A stretch of 32,000 bases of DNA from contig NZ_JAGIOS010000001.1 of the NCBI RefSeq assembly GCF_017876815.1, positions 2,760,001-2,792,000 on the forward strand. The letters run 5' to 3'. Below the pieces are notes generated by a model, which had not been told where the DNA came from, made no database searches, and worked only from the letters and a program-made list of their open reading frames with translations. Of this stretch, positions 27,094-32,000 are shown piece after piece (within the stretch, counting starts at the first letter, position 1; each line of letters opens with the position of its first letter). The position numbers were made by a program, and so were the translations under genes. The stretch is from Sinorhizobium meliloti. GTDB taxonomy: Bacteria; Pseudomonadota; Alphaproteobacteria; Rhizobiales; Rhizobiaceae.

Positions 27094-27509
27094 CTACGGC
27101 ATGCACATATCTCTTGCGCGCCGGTGCGGCGGATACTGCTCATGAAAGGGATCCCTCGGGAACCCAACCGGCTCAACCGCGCTCGGTCGGGGTTGCCCCT
27201 CAACCGGCTGCCGCCACCTTCTCCCCGCAGGCGGGGAGAAGGGATATGCCGCGCCCGCTCGCTCCCTCGGGCGGACGGTGAATGCGGGGTTCAGTTGGCG
27301 CCGCTTGTCCCTTCTCCCCGCCTGCGGGGAGAAGGTGCCGGCAGGCGGATGAGGGGCGGGTGACCGCTAGTCCAATGCCAATGTTAGCGCATATGGGTTT
27401 GATCCCAAGGACCCATCCGCAAGCCTCGCCACTGCTGGAAATACAGATGCCGCCACTCCGGAGTAAGTCCGCGAAGGGCTGGACAACAAGAGATATGTGC
27501 ATGCCGTAG
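27094..27509. mobile_element. MITE-like non-autonomous element (416 bp) with perfect 23-bp terminal inverted repeats
   Basis: The left end ctacggcatgcacatatctcttg (27094-27116) is the exact reverse complement of 27487-27509. It is flanked by the direct repeat ccgcaggcgg (27084-27093 and 27510-27519). Removing the element and one repeat copy restores the canonical hairpin ccttctccccgcaggcggggagaagg. It has no transposase-sized ORF. Confidence 0.5.
27195..27357. repeat. Complete RIME-like two-hairpin element (nested inside the MITE-like element)
   Basis: The terminal 8-mers are GCCCCTCA (27195-27202) and TGAGGGGC (27350-27357). The hairpins lie at 27217-27242 and 27310-27335. The architecture matches the uvrD copy. 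Confidence 0.8.
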
Positions 27510-27537
27510 CCGCAGGCGGGGAGAAGGGATATGCCGC
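27510..27537. repeat. Right half of the interrupted hairpin
   Basis: ccgcaggcggggagaagggatatgccgc is identical (28 of 28) to 27225-27252. Confidence 0.75.
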
Positions 27538-27542
27538 CCTCT

Positions 27543-27646
27543 CTACAGCGCCGCGCGTCTTATCAGACGCGCAAAGGTCGCTGTAGCACTTTGATCTGCT
27601 GCATGTTTTTGTCCTTTAATCGGATACGATTAAAGGACACATGCAG
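27543..27646. repeat. Palindromic intergenic repeat, copy A (nested hairpins plus a cgctgtagcactttgatctgctgcatg core)
   Basis: The outer stem is ctacagcg/cgctgtag (27543-27550 and 27579-27586). The inner hairpin is gcgcgtct-tatc-agacgcgc (27553-27572). The long hairpin is ctgcatg..gtcctttaatcg-gata-cgattaaaggac..catgcag (27599-27646). A similar core occurs in inverted orientation at 28787-28848. Confidence 0.7.
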
Positions 27647-27678
27647 AAGTCGCCGACGATCCAACGGCCTGCAGAGAG

Positions 27679-27921
27679 CTATGCGCCGCCTTTCGCATCG
27701 GCGCGTGCATTGACCCAGGCGAGCACATAGACCCGTAAGGCCGACGACAGATTTCCATCCTGGCCGCGACCGTCGTCGATCTCGGCGATGAGCCGCGCGA
27801 GCGGCATGTCGCGGTCCCTGGCGATCGATTTCAATTCCAGCCAGAAGGGTTCTTCGAGAGTGAAGCTGGTGCGGTGTCCGTGCAACGTGGCCGAATGCTT
27901 GACGACCTTCCCCTTGCTCAT
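27679..27921 (-). CDS. Ribbon-helix-helix domain protein (RHH_4 family, often mis-annotated as aryl-sulfate sulfotransferase)
   Basis: The sequence MSKGKVVKHSATLHGHRTSFTLEEPFWLELKSIARDRDMPLARLIAEIDD...NLSSALRVYVL matches the RHH_4 pattern (SxxLxGHxTSxxLExxFW...L..IA...G.SL..L...ID...NLSSAxRVxVL), recalled from memory. The SD is weak. Confidence 0.7.
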   Translation of the reverse strand: MSKGKVVKHSATLHGHRTSFTLEEPFWLELKSIARDRDMPLARLIAEIDDGRGQDGNLSSALRVYVLAWVNARADAKGGA

Positions 27922-28003
27922 AAGCGGATTCAAGCGGCTGCCAATTCGATTCGGGAAACTGCCGCAAGTCCTTGAGTGGGAATCGCTTTTGCGGCGGCGG
28001 TCG

Positions 28004-28219
28004 TCACGGCTTCTCCCGGTCGACTGAAGTCTCGCCGCCCGCTTGATCGAACCTGCCCTGATCAAGCTTCTTTGCTGCCTTTTCGTTCAAGGCCTTGGTC
28101 AGGGTTTTCTCGGCCTTGCTGCGGCCGAAGGTGACGCGATTCTGCTCGGCCTGCTTTTCGTGTTCAGTCCGAGCCTGGCGTTTGCGGAACTGACGCAGAT
28201 TGATCACGTCGCCGGCCAT
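28004..28219 (-). CDS. DUF4169 family small charged protein (71 aa)
   Basis: MAGDVINLRQFRKRQARTEHEKQAEQNRVTFGRSKAEKTL... matches the DUF4169 signature (xIVNLRxxRKxxxR...NRxxFGRTKAEr). The strong SD aggagg lies 7 nt upstream, and the gene starts 21 nt after the sspB stop. Confidence 0.75.
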   Translation of the reverse strand: MAGDVINLRQFRKRQARTEHEKQAEQNRVTFGRSKAEKTLTKALNEKAAKKLDQGRFDQAGGETSVDREKP

Positions 28220-28240
28220 GGTCCGCGCCTCCTGGTGTCG

Positions 28241-28756
28241 TCAGTTTTTCTTGCGGAAGGAATCGAGCGAGACGACGGAAGCGCCGCCGCCCTTCGGGCC
28301 GTCAGGCTTTTCCGTGTTGTCGTCAGTTGCGGTTTCGGTGGCTTCGTCGAGGGGATAAGCGGTTATTTCCGCCGAATCGGCTGCTTCCTCCTCGCCGGCC
28401 GCCACGTCGAACTCCAGTTCGAAGTTGACCGAGGGATCATAGAAGCCGCGAATCGCATTGTACGGGATCACAAGCTTTTCCGGTGTGTCCGAGAACGAAA
28501 GGCCGATTTCGAAGCCGGTCTCGGTAACCTTCAGATCCCAGAACTGGTGCTGGACGACGATCGTCATCTGTTCCGGATACTTGGCCTTGAGATGTTGCGA
28601 GATCCGGACACCGGGCGCACCGGTCAGGAACGTAATGAAGAAGTGGTGATCGCCGGGCAGATGGCCCGTGGCGGAAACTTCGGCCAACACCTTGCGAATG
28701 ACGCCGCGAAGCGCGTCCTGCGCCAGAATGTCGTAGCGAATATGGTCCTGGCCCAT
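28241..28756 (-). CDS. sspB: ClpXP adaptor SspB (alphaproteobacterial type)
   Basis: The N-terminal SspB fold is IRYDILAQDALRGVIRKVLAEV...HHFFITFLT..PGVRIS..L...YPEQMTIVVQHQFWDLKV. An acidic linker follows, then a C-terminal ClpX-binding-like tail VVSLDSFRKKN. Confidence 0.85.
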   Translation of the reverse strand: MGQDHIRYDILAQDALRGVIRKVLAEVSATGHLPGDHHFFITFLTGAPGVRISQHLKAKYPEQMTIVVQHQFWDLKVTETGFEIGLSFSDTPEKLVIPYNAIRGFYDPSVNFELEFDVAAGEEEAADSAEITAYPLDEATETATDDNTEKPDGPKGGGASVVSLDSFRKKN

Positions 28757-28786
28757 TTGGTCCCCGTTCTCTTCAAGTCACTTGAT

Positions 28787-28848
28787 GCATGATTCCTACG
28801 ACCGGAACTCCATTCAGGAAATCATGCAGCGATTCAAGGTGCTACGGC
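28787..28848. repeat. Palindromic intergenic repeat, copy B (inverted relative to copy A)
   Basis: The hairpin is gcatgattcc...ggaaatcatgc. It is followed by agcgattcaaggtgctacggc, which is similar to the reverse complement of 27579-27605 (catgcagcagatcaaagtgctacagcg). Confidence 0.6.
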
Positions 28849-28944
28849 CAAACCTGCGCCTTGACTATGTCGGCGCCGTGGCCTGCTCCTTCATTGCCCG
28901 TCTGTTTATGACGAGTCAATTATTGAGGCATCTATAGACCATTT

Positions 28945-29280
28945 CACGACGGGGGAGAAGGTGAAGGCTTCTGTTGCCAGGTGCCTTCGGACCCCGCCTT
29001 ACGGTGCTACCCGGAAGGACTTGATTTGAAGTGTCGCACCGCCGTTAGGCAGCGAGACGTGCTTCAGCATAGTTGTCGTTTGCAACTATAAGTTTAGCCC
29101 GATAACGGTGGTACAATGCCGAGCAAAAAGTCGATCTTTACGCCCTTGTCGATCCTATTTCGCCCCCATCAAAAGCCGGTCTGCACAGGCCGGTTTTTGG
29201 TGGAGGCGCCGGGTACCGCCCCCGGGTCCAATGGGTTTATTGCATCGCCCGTTTATTGCCATAGCCGCCCGAAGACGGCA
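28945..29280 (-). ncRNA. ssrA: tmRNA (ssrA), two-piece circularly permuted alphaproteobacterial form; 3' boundary approximate
   Basis: On the minus strand the acceptor piece GCCGUCUUCGGGCGGC...GGACCCGGGGGCGGUACCCGGCGCCUCCACCA ends at 29198. A 30-nt intervening hairpin occupies 29197-29168. The coding piece starts at 29167 with GGGGGCGAAAUAGGAUCGAC. The 5' GGGGGCG pairs with CGCCUCC and includes the G3:U alanine identity pair. The tag ORF GCA AAC GAC AAC TAT GCT GAA GCA CGT CTC GCT GCC TAA (29083-29045) encodes ANDNYAEARLAA*. Confidence 0.9.
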
Positions 29281-29286
29281 CTCGTC

Positions 29287-29315
29287 ATATAGGTCTTTCC
29301 GACGCCCAAGAAAAG
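29287..29315 (-). promoter_or_regulatory. Candidate sigma-70 promoter of ssrA (CTTTTC-N17-CTATAT)
   Basis: The -10 CTATAT (29292-29287) matches the rhizobial consensus perfectly, and the -35 CTTTTC (29315-29310) matches at 4 of 6. The predicted start at about 29279-29280 coincides with the first hairpin of the acceptor piece. Confidence 0.5.
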
Positions 29316-29467
29316 GGCTTCTCGAGGGAAATGCCGGATTTATGTCGGTCTCGCCAACTCCGCACGAAATGCTTGACTTACACGAGCGGCGTGAAAAACT
29401 CCGCCTGCTGCACGCGGTTCGCGAGAAGGGCGGCAGCTTTTGAGAGCAAGTGCAAAGTGGAGGCTTC

Positions 29468-29776
29468 ATGACTGATTATCTTGCGGACGTGCAGAAGTAT
29501 GACAGCAGCGCCGACGAAGCAGTTGTCAACAAGATCGTGCGCCATCTCGGTATCGCCCTTCGCAATAAGGATTCCGCCCTCGTTTCGGCCTCGGATCCAA
29601 AGGAACTGGAGCGCGTCAGGGAAAAATGGTGCGAGAAGAAACTCGGCGTCGGCGGGTCAGATGCAGATGCCGCTATTGCCGCGACGGCCAAAGCGATGGC
29701 GGATGATCGCAGCAAATCGCGTGTGACCTTCTATTATCTGGTCGCCAAGAATCTGGGCAAGCTCCAGACGCTCTGA
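29468..29776 (+). CDS. DUF2853 family protein
   Basis: MTDYLADVQKYDSSADEAVVNKIVRHLGIALRNKDSALVSASDPKELERVREKW matches the conserved DUF2853 N-terminus. The SD ggagg precedes the ATG at 29468. Confidence 0.8.
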   Translation: MTDYLADVQKYDSSADEAVVNKIVRHLGIALRNKDSALVSASDPKELERVREKWCEKKLGVGGSDADAAIAATAKAMADDRSKSRVTFYYLVAKNLGKLQTL

Positions 29777-29890
29777 ACGAGGCTGGTTGGCAATGCGCTT
29801 TCCGGTCGGCGACGAGCCGGCGGGCGCAGAGCTGCCTCGGCGGCGCCGCGACCCGGCGCCGATCGTCTTTTATTCGCCCCCTGTTTTCGG

Positions 29891-30337
29891 CTATTCGCGC
29901 GCGCCGACGCTGTCGGGCCACAGCGACTGGATTTCCTTGGGCAAGGTGTCGCGTACCTTTGCAGTCTGGCCAAGGTCGACATGCCGTGCCAGGACCCGAA
30001 ATACGCTCCTCGCCGCGTCGGCGGGATCGACCGGACGCGTATCCTTCATTCCTTCGGCGATCCGGGCGAGAAATTCGTCGAGCGAACGGGTGCCCTTGTC
30101 CGGCGGGTGGTTCGGCCGGTATTGATCGTAATAGGCGCCTCGCACGATCAGCGGAAGCTCCGCGCCGAGATGGGCCGCGATTTCCGGAGGAAGCCGGTCC
30201 CGCAGGACCCGCAGCACAACGGTCAGGATGTGCCAGGCGACTTTCCGGTCGGGTCCGTGTTGTTCCATGATTTCGCCGAGCCAAATATGGGTCGTCTGCA
30301 GTGTTTTCTCGAAGACGTCGAGACCTGTGGCGCTCAT
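29891..30337 (-). CDS. DUF2267 domain protein
   Basis: MSATGLDVFEKTLQTTHIWLGEIMEQHGPDRKVAWHILTVVLRVLRDRLPPEIAAHLGAELPLIVRGAYYDQYRP is the typical DUF2267 signature. The strong SD gggaggtg precedes the ATG at 30337. Confidence 0.8.
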   Translation of the reverse strand: MSATGLDVFEKTLQTTHIWLGEIMEQHGPDRKVAWHILTVVLRVLRDRLPPEIAAHLGAELPLIVRGAYYDQYRPNHPPDKGTRSLDEFLARIAEGMKDTRPVDPADAARSVFRVLARHVDLGQTAKVRDTLPKEIQSLWPDSVGARE

Positions 30338-30456
30338 CGTCACCTCCCTTGCTTGTTGGCTGAAGCGCGACCGCATGTCTCTCTGGTGGAGCCTGTCCAG
30401 GCACGAACATGCAGAATTTCGCGTCCCGCGAAGAACGCGGCGCTGTCGATTGGCCT

Positions 30457-30481
30457 AACAGCCATCCGCCGCGATTGTTTC
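30457..30481 (-). promoter_or_regulatory. Weak EcfG-like promoter candidate for the DUF2267 gene (GAAAC-N16-TGTT)
   Basis: On the minus strand it reads cGAAAC aatcgcggcggatggc TGTT. The -35 has one mismatch. It lies about 120 nt upstream of the ATG at 30337. Confidence 0.25.
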
Positions 30482-30536
30482 GCCGCTGCCGACAAATACT
30501 GCTCCGCCTCGTGCTGCCGAACAGCGTCGCGATGGC

Positions 30537-30561
30537 GGAACATTCGCGGTTCAGTGCGGTT
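30537..30561 (+). promoter_or_regulatory. Candidate EcfG/RpoE2-type general-stress promoter (GGAAC-N16-gGTT)
   Basis: GGAAC at 30537-30541 and GTT at 30559-30561 lie about 60 nt upstream of the first of three small hydrophilic ORFs, in the correct orientation. Confidence 0.45.
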
Positions 30562-30619
30562 AAACGAGGGAGTGAACCAGGGGCGCCCCGGAACAAGTCG
30601 CAGAGCAGGAGGAAGGCCG

Positions 30620-30826
30620 ATGACATCGTCCAAACATCCGAAGACACGCCGCCCGAGCGACAAGGACCTGAAGCAGGATCCTGGGATCGGACGCACGAAG
30701 GGCATTCGCGGACCGTCGGACTACGAAGCCCTGAAACGCGGCAACACCATCGAAGGAGATGTCGCGAACGACACGACCGCGCAAGGCGGCGCGAACCCGG
30801 ACCAGCGCGGTCGCACCAACAAATAG
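30620..30826 (+). CDS. Small hydrophilic, probably disordered protein (68 aa)
   Basis: The strong SD aggagga lies about 8 nt before the ATG at 30620. MTSSKHPKTRRPSDKDLKQDPGIGRTKGIRGPSDYEALKRGNTIEGDVANDTTAQGGANPDQRGRTNK has no Cys, Trp or Phe and no hydrophobic segment. It lies inside the longer listed ORF 29981-30826, whose upstream part is antisense to the DUF2267 gene. Confidence 0.6.
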   Translation: MTSSKHPKTRRPSDKDLKQDPGIGRTKGIRGPSDYEALKRGNTIEGDVANDTTAQGGANPDQRGRTNK

Positions 30827-30836
30827 GAGCAAGGCA

Positions 30837-31079
30837 ATGGTCGGCAGAAAGACGCAAGAGCAGCAGAAGCGCGTGCTGCAGGGCCGCGAGAACACGTCGA
30901 ACGCGGACAAGGACTTCAATGCCGAAGCGGATCTGCACCGTTCCGACGCCTTGAGAAAGGCGCAACGGAAAGGGCAGGACTTGAGCACCGAGCATGGCGA
31001 TGCCCGCGAGGCGGACGATCGCAGCATTCTGCGCGGGAAGAATCAGGAGAGCAGGCATCACAAGGGCGCCGGCGACTGA
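30837..31079 (+). CDS. Small hydrophilic, probably disordered protein (80 aa)
   Basis: The SD aggag lies 7 nt before the ATG at 30837. MVGRKTQEQQKRVLQGRENTSNADKDFNAEADLHRSD... is highly charged, and the gene starts 10 nt after the previous stop. Confidence 0.6.
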   Translation: MVGRKTQEQQKRVLQGRENTSNADKDFNAEADLHRSDALRKAQRKGQDLSTEHGDAREADDRSILRGKNQESRHHKGAGD

Positions 31080-31131
31080 CGAAGCTCGGCCGGCGGCCGG
31101 CATTTCCGAAAATCGATGAAAGGAGACTGCG

Positions 31132-31350
31132 ATGGCTCACGCCAGCAAGAAGAACATGGGAAAGCCCGACAAGGGCAAGGGCGACGGTAGCGGTGCGCAA
31201 ACCGAGCTGAAGGAAGGCGTCCTCGGCGAAAACGACGTTCTGTCGAACAGGGACAAGGCGCAGCATTCCGACTCGCGCGGCCTCGACGAGAGGGCGGTAA
31301 GGAACGAGCAGTATCAGGACCACGCCGCAAACCGACGCCCGTCGAAATGA
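31132..31350 (+). CDS. Small hydrophilic, probably disordered protein (72 aa)
   Basis: The SD aaggag lies 7 nt before the ATG at 31132. The protein reads MAHASKKNMGKPDKGKGDGSGAQTELKEGVLGENDVLSNRDKAQHSDSRGLDERAVRNEQYQDHAANRRPSK. Confidence 0.65.
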   Translation: MAHASKKNMGKPDKGKGDGSGAQTELKEGVLGENDVLSNRDKAQHSDSRGLDERAVRNEQYQDHAANRRPSK

Positions 31351-31374
31351 ACCGGCGGGCGCGTTACCGGAGAT

Positions 31375-31399
31375 CTTGGGCGGGTTGGCCCGACCCAAG
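31375..31399 (+). terminator. Hairpin after the small-protein cassette (no clear U-tract)
   Basis: cttgggcggg-ttgg-cccgacccaag forms a 10-bp stem with one bulge, 25 nt after the stop at 31350. Confidence 0.4.
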
Positions 31400-31503
31400 G
31401 ACGGCATGGCGATTCGAAGCGCGGGAAAACACCTTTCCACCATTGGTTCGCGCGGCGGTTCGTTCTATTTTCGCAGCTACGAACGAATCGTCGGCGGAAA
31501 AGC

Positions 31504-32000
31504 ATGCGACAATATCTCGATCTCCTCGAACATGTGATCACAACGGGTACCGACCGGGGCGACCGTACGGGTACGGGCACGCGCTCGGTTTTCGGCTACC
31601 AGATGCGCTTCGACCTGTCGCAGGGTTTCCCGGTGCTGACCACCAAGAAGCTGCATCTGCGTTCGATCATTCACGAGCTTCTGTGGTTCCTCAGGGGCGA
31701 CACGAACGTCGCCTATCTCAAGGACAACGGGGTGAGCATCTGGGACGAATGGGCGGACGAAAACGGCGAGCTCGGACCGGTCTACGGCTACCAATGGCGC
31801 TCCTGGCCGACGCCCGATGGCCGACATATCGACCAGATCGCGGCGCTGGTCGAAGGCCTGAAGACCAATCCGAATTCCCGCCGCCACATCGTTTCGGCCT
31901 GGAACCCGGCGCTTGTGGACGAAATGGCGCTGCCGCCATGCCACTGTCTGTTCCAGTTCTACGTGGCGGACGGGAAGCTCTCCTGCCAGCTCTACCAGCG
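31504..32000 (+). CDS. thyA: Thymidylate synthase, N-terminal 165 codons (continues off the right edge)
   Basis: It is missing from the ORF track because it has no stop in the window. The translation is [68 protein letters not shown]...[13 protein letters not shown], including the catalytic Cys motif PPCH. Confidence 0.95.
   Translation, partial: MRQYLDLLEHVITTGTDRGDRTGTGTRSVFGYQMRFDLSQGFPVLTTKKLHLRSIIHELLWFLRGDTNVAYLKDNGVSIWDEWADENGELGPVYGYQWRSWPTPDGRHIDQIAALVEGLKTNPNSRRHIVSAWNPALVDEMALPPCHCLFQFYVADGKLSCQLYQ

Noticed and set aside
27043-27502. ORFs 27043-27363 (+, 106 aa) and 27200-27502 (-, 100 aa) lie downstream of asmA.
   Set aside because: Both are composed of translated hairpin repeats (PSPRRRGEG..., LLPAGGEKG...). 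They have no SD and are interrupted by the inverted-repeat element boundaries.
27054-27540. I considered whether the recurring ccttctccccgcaggcggggagaagg units could be a CRISPR array.
   Set aside because: There are only 3-4 copies with irregular spacing. Each unit is a self-complementary hairpin embedded in larger conserved flanks. A copy also occurs inside uvrD, and no cas genes are present.
28947-28968. The 3' part of the tmRNA coding piece (cgacgggggagaaggtgaaggc on the + strand) resembles one arm of the RIME-like hairpin (cggacggggagaaggtggccggc). This hints that the repeat family could derive from, or target, ssrA.
   Set aside because: Only about 15 nt are shared, with one indel. The complementary arm is absent, so this is not a repeat copy, and the similarity could be chance in GC-rich sequence. 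It is worth a statistical check but is not claimed.
29372-29400. A perfect CTTGAC -35 hexamer lies upstream of the DUF2853 gene.
   Set aside because: The hexamer 17 nt downstream (AAAACT) is a poor -10, so no sigma-70 promoter is claimed. The weak AAAAC-N16-GGTT alternative is mentioned only within the stress-locus finding.

Overview
This is high-GC alphaproteobacterial chromosomal DNA. It looks most like a Sinorhizobium/Ensifer-type Rhizobiaceae genome, an inference from three things: a two-piece permuted tmRNA with tag ANDNYAEARLAA, RIME-like hairpin repeats, and CTTGAC/CTATAT-style promoters. Most of the window is ordinary core genome. In order it holds aminopeptidase P (partial, off the left edge), prmA, an SCO1/SenC copper chaperone, an MCP-cheW operon, two paralogous small secreted proteins, creA, a membrane GGDEF cyclase, a PRTase, a GNAT, uvrD, a Tat-exported cyclase-family hydrolase with an AhpD-like protein, an RND efflux pair (MFP plus pump), DUF1772, an FAD-linked oxidase, a 1246-aa AsmA-family protein, the sspB-DUF4169-RHH_4 operon, ssrA (tmRNA), DUF2853, DUF2267, three tiny hydrophilic proteins, and thyA (partial, off the right edge). 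I found no CRISPR array, no complete mobile element and no recognisable defence system. The unusual items are:
- A two-hairpin intergenic-type repeat element sits in frame inside uvrD, between helicase motifs II and III.
- A 416-bp MITE-like element with perfect 23-bp terminal inverted repeats splits the loop of another copy of that repeat.
- A candidate trans-acting sRNA carries CCUCCUCCC anti-Shine-Dalgarno loops and tandem terminators.
- It sits beside a remnant of a mobile element (an HNH gene plus a truncated resolvase).
- The tmRNA gene, absent from the ORF track, lies immediately upstream of its adaptor gene sspB.
- Two tandem paralogues encode uncharacterised Tyr/Pro-rich secreted proteins, one with 30-bp in-frame repeats.
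- A likely general-stress locus has GGAAC-N16-NGTT promoters driving three 68-80 aa disordered proteins.
The many long Arg/Ala/Gly-rich ORFs that overlap real genes on the opposite strand or in other frames are treated as GC-driven shadow ORFs. All coordinates and motifs were read by eye. No database search or folding calculation was run.
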